A stretch of DNA of 64,000 bases from Amphiscolops sp. MND2022 (lineage: Eukaryota). The notes under the pieces were generated by a model. The model was not told the origin of the DNA, did not search any database, and worked only from the letters and a program-made list of their open reading frames with translations. The position numbers and the translations under genes were made by a program. Position 1 is the stretch's first letter; each line of letters opens with the position of its first letter. Location: NCBI GenBank assembly GCA_964187785.1, contig OZ076409.1:35466001-35530000 (forward strand). The letters run 5' to 3'. Positions 1 to 13,162 of the stretch are shown one piece after another.

Positions 1-1114
1 ACGTACCTTGCGTCTTGTCCAAGGAAACCTTTTCCGTTCGAAATTGGTTCTCGGCCCCCGCCGGACCGGAGTTCGTCTGCCAATTTCGACACCAGTTTGG
101 ATCTGCCTTTACCGCGTGTGTTTGGTTCTCGTCCCCCGCCAGACGAGAACTTCTTTGCCAATTTTGGCTGACCGAATTGTTCCCTGTAGCTCTTGTGTTC
201 GATGGACGTTGAAAACATATTGCCTGATGATGGTTTCGTCCGCATCGGAAACAACCCTTGACCGCCTTACAAGTCCTTGATTGATGCTCAGCTGACAAAC
301 ACCTAAAGCAGCACCCATTCTGCATCAGAACGGTTTTTCGATCATTAGGTGACTGCACCACCGAACATTTGTGACTGCTGTGGTTTCCTGAGCAGAAGAC
401 ACCATCCTTCTCCTGCACTTTATTGACGAACGACGCAGTTGTGAATTGGTTGCAACTGTACTTGTCCGTCTGACCAGAAGGTTTGTCCTTAGTTGTTGAG
501 AAAGCACACTTTTCTCTAGCTTCAACCTCTTTAGTGAGAAGCTCCAGCAGTTCCCTCAAATCCCAGATTTCTGAAGAAATGAATCGAGTCACTTGTAATT
601 TGATATCTTCCGGAAGTTTCTCCAGCAAATTTGAGATGAGAAGGAAACCGAATGTACTTTGGTCAACTGATAAAGACTGCAAACCTCGGATGATGACCTC
701 AACCTGTCCTAAAAAACCCCTTAACCTCGCCACGTCTCTGCCCTCTGCCACACCGGAAATCTTAACGAGCTTATTCATGAAATTTGCTATCAACATCTGT
801 TTGTCCCCGAATTGTTTTTCCAAAAGCATCCACGCACTGTCGTAGTTTGCACTTATGATGGGCAAACCAGCAATGGTTTCCGCTGCCTTACCTGTCAAGC
901 TTGCCTTCAAGTAGGTAAACTTGTCAATTTTAGACAGTGCTGAATTTTGGTGAACTGCATTTCCAAAAAATTGCGGAAACTCATCCACTCAGTGACTGTT
1001 CCGTCGAATTTTGGCAGTTCAACTTTTAGAAGTTTTACAATGACGCGCTTTGAGAACTTTTTCAAGCTCTTTTTCATCTGTTTCATTTCTTTTTGTTGCT
1101 CTCTGTCCTCTTTG

Positions 1115-1250
1115 TCTTCTTCATCTCCTTCTTCTTCTTCTTCTTCTTCTTCTTCGTCTTCTTCTTCTTCGTATTCTTCTTCTTCGTCTTCTTCTTCTTC
1201 GTCTTCTTCTTCGTCTTCTTCTTCTGCTTGGATACCATCATCTTCTTCGT
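1115..1250. repeat. (TCT/TCG)n microsatellite encoding a poly-Glu/Asp tract in the BEL gag
   Basis: Run of ttcttcttc/tcgtct; the minus strand translates to EEEDEEEDEEEE. Confidence 0.95.
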
Positions 1251-1419
1251 TTTCATCTCTTCTTTTTCTGAATTTTTTATTTCGTTTTTTGTCTTCTTTG
1301 TCGCTTGAAAACATCACGGCGGTTTTGCCGCGTTTTGTTTTGCCACTTTTGTTTTGCGTTGTGTCAGTAACGGCAATTTTCTTCGAGTGCCCTCGAACTG
1401 CGTTGATCCCGACATGTCC

Positions 1420-1605
1420 AGCTCTCCAATCGCCAACAACTCCTACATCTCCAACTCTCCGACCGCCAATAACTCCTACATCTCAACTCTCCGACCGCCA
1501 ACAACTCCTACTTCCCCAACTCTCCGACCGCCAACAACTCCCACATCGCCATCTCTTTGACCGCCAACTTCTGCTCCAGCTCGCCGACCGCTGCCAACAT
1601 CTCCT
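1420..1605. repeat. ~33-bp minisatellite (ccaactctccgaccgccaacaactcctacatct) inside the gag region
   Basis: About 5-6 degenerating copies of ctccgaccgccaacaactcc are visible directly. Confidence 0.85.
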
Positions 1606-2595
1606 TCATCGTGTTCAAAATGATAACTTTTACGTTGAGTTTTTTTCCGAATTCATTGATGGTCCTCTATTCTTCTCTCCGCCTGTTGATGGTTTTGATG
1701 AACTCCAAACTGAATTCCCGCCGAAATCAGCGCCCCGGTTGAAACTTTCATTCAGCAAAACTGTGCTTTTCCAAATTTGTGACTGCGCTCCAGTTTGAAG
1801 CTCCAATGTATTCAAAGTTGACGTTCCCAAGGAATCGAAATGTCCGAATACGGATGCCATGACATCTCCCCCCTCGACCGACCGCAAGTCCGGACTGGTA
1901 CTCTGTTGCTCCTCATCTATCGTAGAGACATTTCTTCGTCCGCCTGATTGATCCTCCGCTACCGCTGGGTTAACAGAATCTTCCCTGAATGCTACCTCTG
2001 TTCCGCTTATTCTATACGACAGAAAGTTTTCCGCTGCAACGTTTACCCTCTCTACTACTGCTAGATCGGCTTGCTCTTGATCGCTTGTGGTCGATACCAT
2101 GTTTACCGCTCCCTGTTGTTCCTCCCGAACTGTCTGTCCCTTTCTTCGCTCAACTTCTCCCTCATAATCCTCTATATCAAACAATGACTCTTCCAGAAGC
2201 ATGAGTATTTCTTGACACTGTTCTATGTTTTCTATAACCGCTTCGTCTTCTCTGTCTCCTTCCTCCGCTAAGGCCTCATCCATTTCCTCATCTAATTTTT
2301 CCATTGCTACCCTGGAATCTATCAACTTTTTCTTTGCAGCTCTCCCACGAGATATTGTCTCTTTAGAAAAATCATTTCTGTCCGAAATTAGTGTTTCTAC
2401 TTACTTACCAGTTTTCCGATCACATTCATGTGACCAAGCTGCTTGCTTTTAACTCTTTTGACTGTGTGTTTCATTTTCGCAAGTTTTTTAAGACTTTTTT
2501 TTGTTTCTTTTTAGACTTCAGCTTTTTTTCAAATCGGTTGACGCTTTGACGTTACAAAGGTTTTTCTCAATTTTGGTGGGAAGCTATTTTTCCAT

Positions 2596-2610
2596 TTTGA
2601 GCGCCATGTT
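2596..2610 (-). promoter_or_regulatory. Putative primer-binding site and 5' LTR end of the first BEL element
   Basis: The minus strand reads ...AAACA|TGGCGCTCAAA, i.e. an LTR-terminal CA followed directly by TGG, ~130 nt upstream of the gag start. The far end of this LTR could not be located. Confidence 0.55.
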
Positions 2611-5600
2611 TCGAAAAAGATTTCCTTTTAGGCTAGTAGCTCTAATCAAACTTCAGTGGTAACATTAACTTTTTCCAACGAGAAAGCAAAGGTAAACGAA
2701 TGAAATATCTCGTCAATGAACGAACAATCTCTAACGATCAAAGGTTTTAAAGTCAGAAAGTTTTCAGTCTTATATCTTCATTCAGGAAATGAGTCTTTTA
2801 GTTTTCTCAGTTTTCAAACTTGATCACGATTTCCAACGTCTAGAAATCTGGAATTTTACAGAAGCAAAAAAATGCTCAGCGGGTGCCTTGTTCAAAATTA
2901 TTTGACAGTTATGGCCATGACTAGTTTCATAAATTTTCAGTGCAACCATCGATAGCATCAATTTGATTAATATCATGCTGGATTGCAAGATGAATTTTCA
3001 AAGTTAGCAGCGGTCGTCAACTTGAATCCTGATTTTCCACGAATTCCAATCGTTTCATGAGCTACGAGCATTTTGATCCGAAAAGAATTGCACTGTCTTC
3101 AATCGCACTGTCCTCACGTACGCTGGTAGGAGTACCCGTTTTGACAATTAGTCACATTCTATTTTCGATTGTAGACTTAGAATTTTTTGTTTTTTATATG
3201 GTATTATTTTCTACAATTTGTAAGTTTGATTTTTAAGCTGTAGCTGTTTGATAGTTGATATTTGATTCAATTCATTTTTGATTTCATCCAGTTAAACTGA
3301 AAAAAAATTGAAAATATTCATTGGTGAACAAAAATCAAATGATAATGCAACTCTCTAACAACCGTCCCTTACACCACGTTTTGTATAGGCTATTATCTAC
3401 CAGCCGTCCTCTGTACACTGAAAACAGAAAGATTTCATGAAAAACTCAATTTTTTCTATTGTTCTTCTCAGCGAAAAAACCTGATTTGCACGCTTGTTTT
3501 AGACCAATAACGTACGCTTATTGGACAAAAGTTTTTTTTCCTAGTTGAGTTACACCGATACGTTGCCTAAGGCTGAAATCAGGAAATAAGGGCAATGAAA
3601 CAGTCTTTTGATATTTAGAAGTTTTCGATAAGTTCTTCATTGTCGATAGTTGTTACAGAACTGCATTGTTCATAGAACATTTTAGGTAGAGTCGATTAGA
3701 CGTGCTGGTTGAAGCGACCGGTTTTAGATCTTCGTTGTTTTGTCGCTACCACCAGTTTGCAAGCATCAGTAATGACGATAATTTCTGAGTTTCCATTGAA
3801 AATTAGTGAACTCGTCCTTGAGTTTATTGAAATCGTTGTTTTTTCTTACGTCCAGTCCCGTTTTATGTTTTTACTGTTTGTTCTCAGATAGGTTTGTCCC
3901 AGGCGGCAGCCTGCGATGGTAATTTGTACTCCATCCAACACAACTATCAGAGGGCGCTTTCGGGGAAAATCGTGATGAAAACTGCCAGAATGTTCAACAA
4001 ACTGCTTTTTTTTCCATTTTATATTTTTTACTATTTTGTAAAAAAATAGTTTCATATTCAATATTAGTATAAGACACCAAACGCGCAAGCGAAAAGGAAA
4101 CGAGTTCAAGTGTTGGCTCGATTGGTGCACTGGACTACCGGTCCAAAAGACCTGTTATCCAATCGCCGTGAAGTTTTTTATCGATTAAAATACGCTGCTT
4201 AAACTACATGCTATGACTAAGTAAGGCAATGCGCCTTAAACGGCCTAACTTTGAAATATTGATTAATTAAAGGATGTCTTGTCTCAATGAAATCCTGGTG
4301 CTATTAATCAAAAGCCCTCTCTATTTAAGTGCTGATAAGAGTACATCCAAACCATGTGGTCAATGATATATGTCATTTCCCCTTTTCTAAAACAATTGAT
4401 GCGTTTGTACTGGATTTAGATATACTTGATGAATAGGATAATTATCATTGTACATACTTTGGCCCCAAAAGGTCAAATGCCATGAATCGCCATGAATGTT
4501 CAAGTAGTGCTATTGGAAGTCTATTTATTGCCCGAAATATGTTGTTCTAATACTATTCCTAAAACATATCATATAGGAGCTATATTTAGATCCATGACCC
4601 CCAATTTATTGAATGTCATCCTCCTCAGGGTATATAAGCCCAACATGAAGGGACTCTGACTTATTTTTCGATTGTTAAACTTGTTGAACGTTCAGTCATA
4701 GTTGAGACGGTTGATGAAATACTTTTCAGATTATACATTTTTGCCTTCCTGACTTACTTTTCCTAGCCTTCGACTAAAAGAGAGAAAATAAAAGCAACGA
4801 GATTAAGAGAAATTGACATATTGTCCGCTTACGGGAAAACGGAGGTGATGCTAGGAGAGGAAATTGAAACTAAACTGCAAGAGAGTTAGGAAATGTCATA
4901 AACAGGCCCTCAGACCACAGCGACACCAACACCTGGTTTTCGGAAAACTCGTCTTGGAAAAATGAAATCAGGGATATTGATGCTGGAAACGAAGCTCTCA
5001 GGAAGCATAGGCTGTTAGAAGTTGTAGAAATCAGTGATATTTTGCAACTGAATGTATGCTTTTAATTCCCAAAGGGTCCCCTCTTTTACATTTTCCGAAC
5101 AAAGAAAATTGAAAAGTTTCAAGTTTTTTTTTCAAAAAAGTGTTTTGCGCTTTTTTGAGCCTTGGATATAGCGCCGACTTTAGACGTTCTCTTCTTGTTT
5201 GTTACTTACCGTCTTGTTCGTTACTTAACAGGTTGCTCTCGAGACAATGTGACTTGCCAAATGAAAACTTCGTCGTTGATTGTTTAAAAAACTTCTATCG
5301 TCACAATTTTGGTTTTTTTGAAGTTTTCTGAAACAAAATCCATTTTCCAAGGCCTGAGGGTGATCTCATTAAATATTTTTTTGGTCCTGTGGAATTGATG
5401 AAAGTTATCTCAGTAATTGTGAAGAAGACCAACAATTTTTGCCGGCGCTGTGCGACTCTTCTTCGAAAAACAATTGATTGTTTTCGGCTTGAAAAAAGAC
5501 ATTTTCCGAGCTCAAACCTCCATTTTTGGCAATATCAGAGTTTTTTCTGGGAGCAAAATTTTTAGAAGCGAATTTGTATTGTTTTCAGTTGAGGAAAAAG

Positions 5601-6456
5601 TAATTTTCGAGTCTTATGCGTATCCCTTCGTGTATTTTTGGCATTGTAGTAAAAGATAATTTTTTAAAGTAGGTCTTCTGGTTTTCTTGAAATTTCTTTC
5701 TCTCGGGAGTTTTCTCTCCTTTTTTGTTGTTTTTGTCGGAGAAGCTGTTGATAACTTTTGAATTACAACGATCATTCTCTTCTGTTAGTTTGCAGTTGTT
5801 TCCTACTGGGTCTATTGATTTCTTCAAATGTTCTACAGGAGTTTCATTTTGTTTATCTTTTGCGCAGAGCTCCAAACTAGGGTTTTTCGTTTAGGTATGG
5901 AGTATTCTTTCAATCTGTATTGACTTTCTTGACATCGTTGGTGTCTGGGTCCCCGTTCGCGATGTATTTAATAGTTTTTTTAATTGCAGACGAGCTGGTG
6001 CTCCTGATGAAATCTTGCCCTAGTAACGATTCTTTTTGGATCCAGCTCATCGTAGGGAGTATTGTATGTTACGCGGAAAAAAGAAAAACCTTTTTTGTTC
6101 AGTTCCCTGGGCCAATTTAAAAATTTGTAGATCTTTTGGTAGAACTATTTTGATCACTTCAGGTGTATCGGAAAAAACACTGAGGAAAAGCCATGACTAT
6201 AGTCGACTCTTTTCTTAAGAAAAGCGCCGACTAAAAACGGTGACATAAATTGCCAACAGTCTATTCAAACGGAACACAATCAAATTACAACACTAAATAT
6301 CAAGTCTCCGTACCACTTTTGGAGTTTATTGTTCAACAATTTTCTATCACAAATAGCTCTTGACCCATAAAAGCGGTGATATGACAAGATATCAACTGGA
6401 ACGAACTTCATTCGAACGATCTTATCTTTCTTCGATTTTTTAATCGGCGCTTTTTG

Positions 6457-7380
6457 AAAACAAGCGGGGAACGGCCCAAGTCGGCGCCATATCTAAGGGT
6501 CAAAAACAGCAAAAGGACTTCAAAGTGTCAAAGTATTCTCTTCTACGGTACCGGAAAAACCCAAAAGTTGAACCGAATTGGCGCACCAGAGGGGACACTT
6601 TGAGATTTTTCATCCATTCTGTCGCAAATCATCAAAAAAATTGGAGGGGCACTTTTGGTGAAAAAAAATTGAAAAAAAGTCTCAATGCCGAAAAACTGAA
6701 AGGGGGGACCCTTTGGGATTTTTCAACATCCGTTCTGTCGGAAAACTCCAAAAACATTAAAGGGGGGACCCTTTGGGGAAAATTTTTTTCGAAAAAAAAG
6801 TCTCACAGAGCCAAAAATACTCTAAGGGAGTACCCTTTGGTCCCTTTGAGTTTCTTAGATGATGTAAAAATACTCCTTCGCAAGCTTTTGCGCCAGTATT
6901 TTAAATTTGCTAAGTAAGAATTGTAAGATTTTAAGATTGTAAGAATTGTAAGAAAAGTGGACCGATCAGTGTGAGGATTGTAGTCTGAAGAAACAAGACG
7001 GGAACGTCTAAAGTCGGCGCTATATCTAAGGCTCAAAAAAGCGCAATTTTTTAAATTTGTTATAGGGGAGACCCCTTCCGACTTTTTGAAAATCCAGTCT
7101 GTTGCAAAATATCAAAAAAGTTGAGGGGGACCCTCTGGAGACATTTAAAAAATATAAAAAATTTTTTGGAAAAATTTTCGAAAAAAAACGAAAAGTGAGA
7201 ATTTTGAAAAAGTCTCATGGTGCCGAAAAACTAGAAAGTGGGGACCCTTTGGGCTTTTTGAAACTTCAGTTTGCTGCAAAATATCAAAAAACTTGAAGGG
7301 GGGACCCTTTGGCGACAAAGAATTTCGAAAAAAAGTCGCACAGTGCCAAAAAAAATTGAAAGAGTCGCAGTGCCGAAAAA
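6457..7380 (-). mobile_element. Two adjacent partial copies of the HINE/Helentron-like non-autonomous repeat
   Basis: Family end motif aaacaagacgggaacgtctaaagtcggcgctatatctaagg at ~6991, with a variant at ~6457. Each is followed by the family's internal gggggaccctttg / cagtgccgaaaa motifs. Confidence 0.65.
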
Positions 7381-8371
7381 AATTGCTTGGTTTTTTTTCG
7401 TCACTATGCAACTTACCGAAGAACTTTCAAAAATGATGACTCTTAAAGAACTTTTTATTTCCACAATTTTTTGGTTTTTTCAGGGTTCCTTTAAATAAAA
7501 TTAATTGCCGAATTTTTAGTCTTTTATCTTTTTGATCTATTGGTCGTTTGGAACTGATGAGCGGTTTTTCAATAATTGCAGAAAAGTCCGAAGGTTTTTT
7601 TCGGTACTTTGGTACCTTTTGCTTGATTTAATTTTAGAGAAGAGCTAAGTTTTCGGGAATTTCCGACATTTCAAAAAAATGGGAGAGAAAATTACAGAAA
7701 AATTTCGAGTTTTTTTGGTTTTCTGAGATTTTCTTCTGAGGAAAACGGTTGTCCCAGACTGAAAGGTTGACGTTGGTTCGCTTTTTGTCCTTTGAGTTTT
7801 TCTAAAAATTGTGAGAAACTTCTGAGGTTTTTTTCGCCACTGTTCGACTTTTCAAAAAAATTTCATCAAATGTTATTCCATTCACTTTCATAATTATTTT
7901 CAGCTTGAACAAAGCATTTCGCGAGCTTAAATCTCCTTTTTCGGCACTATTTCTGGACTTTGGTCAGGAGATAAGTTCCTAAAAAATTGATTTCAAAATA
8001 TTTTTTATGTTAGGTTTCCAGTTGAGGAAAAAGCGGTATTCGAGTCTCATGAGTATCCCATCGGGTACTTTCCGTCACTGTAAATTTGATACAGCTTTCA
8101 AACATTTGATACAGAGTCTTCAAAAACAATGTGCATTTATTAAAAACCTGGTTTACTAATATTCAGCGGGGCCCCGACTTGGGCGGTTCCCGGTTTGTTT
8201 TGTGTTTTGGAGATTTCTGCTTCTGGAATCTTTTTGAGAAACGAGAGATCGCTGTTTTGGCGCGTCCAGACGAAAGATGATGGAAATTTAGACCTAAAAT
8301 GAATGGAAAACTTTATTATTGTCAAGAACACTGTGTTGTCATCATGCATTATGAAAACCAAAAATTGTAAC

Positions 8372-9930
8372 TGTCGCAGGCTGCCGCCTGTGACGGTTTT
8401 TATTATCAAATTACGCCGGAAAATGACCAAAGCAATCTTGGACCAGAAATACTCCCAATATAAAACATCCGAAAACAATACAACTTACACTATTTATTTC
8501 ATTCCAAATGTAAATCTCATGTAAATTTGATTAAATCAATGATTACATAAGTACTAGATACTGTATGTTAATATTTTGACCGTTCGTCAATTTGACTGCA
8601 ACGTATTACTCTAAATTAGTTAGAATGTTGTACTTATTGTTACTTCAATTGTTGTGATTTCATTTGATAGGTAACTCTAATACTTTGACGTTGTGGAAAC
8701 CACTACAGGCGCAATATATTTGTAATTGGGCTAAGTACAATACAATAAAGTGCCTTAAATAACATTCACAAGTGCTTGAAAGATTAGAAACGCATTCAAC
8801 CAGTTAAACACTGCAGTCCCGCTGACACGTAGTCAAAAGGTCTACTGGACAATCAGAATTCAGATTAGACCAACGCATGCAATCACGCTGACGTTAGGTC
8901 AGAAATCTTATTTTACTGGAAATTCATGTTGGCGCTACATGTAGTGTTGATTTACTCTAATATTAGTTACATGTAAGTTAGTTTGATGCTAGTTAGATAC
9001 TATTTATATCTCCCTTCCTATAATGACGTAATGTCAGACGCCCCAATTCATTTTAGGAATTGATGATGTAATATTTGAGTTAGAGCTAAATTTAGCCTGA
9101 CCTAAACCTAAATTTAGCAAAGTGACGCTCAAATTTATGCATGTCATGCAGTAGTGACTATAAATACTCGGAAACTATTGTAAACGGGATCATTAATTGA
9201 AAAGCGAAATACACTCAAAACGAAATTTGTTCATTTGTGTCTGTTGACAATTCATTGTTAATCTCAAACCACTCTCTTGAATATGCCTTCAATTAGAAAA
9301 CAGAAAGCTAAAGAAAACGTTCCCGTCAGTCTGACGTATTGTCGGATATTGAAAATCTTGATGTTATGTTAGGAAGTTGCCAAAGAGGTAACAGTGAAGT
9401 ACTAAACAGGGGAAGTGAGAATGAAATGGACTTAGAGTCAAATAGACGAGAAGAGGATTCAAATCATAATGGAAAAGATTATCGGTCTTATTTGAATACT
9501 AATATCAGTGAAAAAGGTGGACTGACAGTTGAAACAAGTAGAGCTATTAGTTCAGAAATTTCATCTCAAATGTCAAAGAGACTTGAAGAAATGCAATCTA
9601 GCTTAAATTCACAGATATTAGAAGTTATAAACACTGCAATTGAGACGAGAGTGTTACCCAGCATCAAAAATGTTGTTGGGAGGCAAAATTCAGCAGAAAA
9701 TACTAATTTGGACCTTCGGTCAAACCGACTGCATCAAGACCATGCGGACCAGGAAAACTCTCAGAAGGACCTTCGGTCAAATAGACTGCATCCGGAAAAC
9801 GCTAGTAAATCGATTCAAAATGCTCAGAATGAGTTCCCAAGACTAATACCAGTTAAAAGTAGCCAAACAAAGCACTGTAGAGAGAATTCAGTGGATTCTC
9901 AACAAAGTGAGGATGATTATGGTTACGACA
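8372..9930 (+). mobile_element. Solo LTR (1559 bp) with 5-bp TSD GTAAC
   Basis: Begins TGTCG, ends CGACA (terminal inverted repeat). GTAAC lies at 8367-8371 and at 9931-9935. A TATA-like tataaata is near 9159. Confidence 0.85.
9283..9930 (+). pseudogene. ORF embedded in the 3' part of the solo LTR (MPSIRKQKAKE/RSRQSDVLSDIENLDVMLG...DDYGYD), one frameshift near 9315; probably the N-terminus of the element's ORF1/gag
   Basis: ATG at 9283 follows the TATA-like box. A 1-nt shift in an A-run joins it to ORF 9339-9968, which stays open to the last base of the LTR. Confidence 0.6.
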
Positions 9931-12912
9931 GTAACAAAAAAATTGGAATAAAAACAGTATGTAAATGAAACGAAAAGAGTTAATCAAGAACGACAACTAG
10001 TTTGGGGAGTCAACAGGTATTCAGATCGCATGGGTGGGGAAAAAGTAACTGTCAGTCGCAAAAGCAACAAACAAGACCGGATTTAATCAATTTCACAGTG
10101 CCAAAAAGTACCCGAAGGGATAGGCACAAGACCTAAAAATCACTCTTACCCTGACTGGAAACAACAAAAAACCCTTTTCTTTTGAACAAAAACTGGAATT
10201 TTTTTCTTTCGGGAAAATCTAAAAGTACGGAAAACCCCAAAAGGAATTCTATATTTAATTCGAACGCTTTTTCAAGCCAAAACCTTCGTAAAACGTGAAT
10301 AGGTATAATTCTACCGAAAGAGAACAGTTTCGAAAAAAAGTCCCACTGTGCCGAAATGTGCTTTTGCACAAATACTGAGAGAACACTCATCAGTCCTACA
10401 GGGCTAAAAAATAATCAGAGGTTACGCTTTGAACAGGGAAAACGGCTTTGCTCAACCTAAAACTTCTCCAAAAACGAAAACGTGAGAAAAAAATTGAAGG
10501 TTGTTCCAACTCGCATAGTGCCAAAATCCCTAAAGACTCCTCTATGCTCTAAAAATGTTTTGGTTCTACTAAAAATCTAGGGGGGCGTCGAAGAAATCAA
10601 ATTGGAAAAAGTCGCATTGAACTGAAAAAACACCGGTCTTGAAAAAACTAACATTCGGATATAGCGCAAATTTTTGAACCTCCGCTTCCTCCTTCGTGAA
10701 ACGCAACTTACTTCGGATATAACATCAAAAGTTCGGATATAGCGTGCTGGAACAGTGAGAAAATCTACTTTTCAGACAAAATAATGATTTTGAAAGGTCT
10801 GACAATCCAAAAAATATATATAAAATTGTGGAGGCTTTGGGCTTTCTATCATCCAATTTGGCGCTATGCCTATGGCTCAATAAGCGCAAAGTTTATACAA
10901 TATGCTCAGGACGTTTTCATGAGACTCAAAAAAGGGTCTCAAAACATCCAAAGGGTGCCTTTCGTGCACGGAATTACTTCAGAAGTTCAGATCTAGCGTG
11001 ATCAGACAAATGAGAGCGCTTGTTCCAATCCTACACCCCTGCTCCTCAATAAAATCACTATAGTTCAGATACAACGTCAGATACTCGCAGATGGCGCAAA
11101 ATTTTTTACACCTCCATCTCCAAAATTCGGACAATATTGAACATTATAAAAAATTATTGGTGGATATATTAAGAATTGCAGGTTAAAAATGAGAATGGAA
11201 AAGGGAGCCATTTGGGATTCTTTAGCATCCATTCTGTTGCAAAATATCAAAAAATTGAGGGGGACCTTTTCAATACTTAAGGAAAATTTCAAAAAAAACG
11301 TCTCATAGTGCCAATAAAAATTGAAAAAGGGGAACCTTTAGTCTCGTTCGGTTTTGTATGTTACGTTAAAGAAGGAAAAATGAGAGGGGGACCCATCGCG
11401 CTAACTTATATGCGTTTTCGCTGGCCGGTGCAGTAGTTTAGTAGCTTTAGTAGTTTCCAAGTTTTATCTGTTAAAAGTGTCCACTACGCATAGATTCTGT
11501 AATATGACGAAAAAAAACTAACCATTGTAACAGTCGCGTTATTCGGAATGTAACAGCCGGATAGTTTCGAAAAAGTTATTGGTGGATATAAATTGAGAGA
11601 ACATAATATCAAACAAAAAATGAGAATTTAGAACAGTCTCATAGTGCCGAAAAGTTTAAAAGGGGGGGCCTTCGGGATTTTTAAAATCCATTGTTTCAAA
11701 ATATCAAAAAATTGAAGAGGGGACCCTTTGGAGACATTAAAAATTCTCGGAAAAAAAGTCTCATAGTGCCGAAAAAGTAGAAAGGGGGCCACTTCTGCTG
11801 TGGAATGGTTTTGTGCTTCGTCTAAGAGTCTTTGGATGCGATCAAAACCAAGTACTAAGTACTTATGGTAAAAGTGCACAGTGCCACGGTGCAAGTGCAC
11901 AAAAAGAGGACCATTCAGAGTGAGGCCGCCTAAAAACTAGCCACTGCAACAGTCGCTCTCATTTTCTACTAAAATGCACCGACTAAAAAACAAGGTGTAT
12001 CTGAAGAGGGAAGAAATATAGTCCTTTGATTGTTCATTTTGGCTTTTAAATTTCATTGAAAAACAGGAATATTTTTCAGTCTCTGGTTCTATAATATCAT
12101 GGCTACTTTCAGCTTGGTTTTGATATCAGATTTTATTAATCCGATTAAATTTAGCGTTAAAATTGATATATCTCCAAATTTGGTCAAATGCTCTTTCGAA
12201 AATTTCTCTATTGCCATGATAATTATGGTGACAGTCAGAAGATAAATTTTTACTTTCATCTTCAAAAAAGGCTCAGTAAAAAGTTTACATGATCGGTTTG
12301 ATAAAACTTATGACTCGAGTTAATGACTATTAACCAAATTGAAAATACACTCCAAGTTAAAAGTTTGCTTCACTGATCCAAGTCGAAGCAAACGTATTTT
12401 CATCAAAAAGCAGCAGCAGCAGTTTCAAAGTTGATATCGTTTCGTGTTTATTCTTCTTCGAGTTTGAGACCTAAACACTACAGGCCATCTAAAATGCATG
12501 TATCGAACAATGTACATGCATATGTACCTGAATCTGTCCAGTCCTGTAACAGTCTCAAAGCTTAACTTGGCGTTTTTGCTGGTCAACTTACTCAAGTTTC
12601 GTGTTTTGTTGTTTAATACTTGAATGGGTCTGTGATGAGCATCAGAATTTCTTTTGTATTGTCACAGGCTAATTTTACCAATTACAAACTTTCATTCATA
12701 AAAAGCATTTCATCACAATTTAAAAGTCGGAGCCATTATAGTGCGTATCAAACAAAACGCTTTCAAAACATGCTGTGATAAAAACCAAAAATGGCTGAGT
12801 ATTTTGTATAGTGCTACCCTTAACTTCTATAGATTTGAAAGGGCGACTTTTCAAAACTGCGGCCTCTGTACATAAAACTGATTAACCATTGTTAAAATTA
12901 AATTGTACCAAA

Positions 12913-13030
12913 ATGGCGTCTTACTCTTCCGGTGATATGGTTGCGGCCATTTTATGCTGCATCCTGGGCACTGCGTTGCTGATAGCCCTCATTTTCTACC
13001 TTATCTACCGATGTTGTTTCAAAGGAAAAG
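12913..13030 (+). CDS. Exon 1 of the AHNAK/periaxin-like gene: N-terminal transmembrane helix (MASYSSGDMVAAILCCILGTALLIALIFYLIYRCCFKGK)
   Basis: ATG in aaaATGG context; ~23-residue hydrophobic stretch followed by RCCFKGK; donor AAG|GTGAGT; phase 1. Confidence 0.8.
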
Positions 13031-13108
13031 GTGAGTAAACAACAATTTCTGGAAAACTTTCTTCTTTTTTAATTAAAGGTGACAGTTAACGTGAACCTGC
13101 AATTTCAG

Positions 13109-13162
13109 AAAACTATCATGCTGCTGGAAGTGCATCTGTGGGCAGAGAAGCGAACTTTATGG
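13109..13162 (+). CDS. Exon 2 of the AHNAK/periaxin-like gene (ENYHAAGSASVGREANFMG)
   Basis: Acceptor tttcag|, donor G|GTAAGC, 54 nt, phase 1-1, open frame. Confidence 0.7.

Larger units (their letters stand above)
1..2474 (-). pseudogene. BEL/Pao LTR-retrotransposon gag, frameshifted, running off the window start
   Basis: ORF 907-1317 ends in KVELPKFDGTVTEWMSF (DUF1759-type gag motif). After a frameshift near 960 the minus frame reads KFTYLKASLTGKAAETIAGL...LLEKLPEDIKL...CFRCLSAEHQSRTC...CFRCGRNHHQAIC (BEL gag zinc knuckles). The N-terminal part is ORF 1630-2325, with a probable ATG at 2474 and further frameshifts. Confidence 0.85.

Noticed and set aside
947..1798. Poly-Ser, poly-Leu and poly-Phe plus-strand ORFs
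   Set aside because: Antisense readings of the gag acidic microsatellite.
5585..6010. Minus-strand coding-like fragment (..IANGDPDTNDV..)
   Set aside because: Too decayed to assign; the resemblance to a GxND block is not supported by other motifs.
6525..7498. K/F-rich short ORFs with GGTLW/KGPPF motifs (also near 11000-11900 and 37600-38400)
   Set aside because: Chance frames across the non-coding HINE-like repeat.
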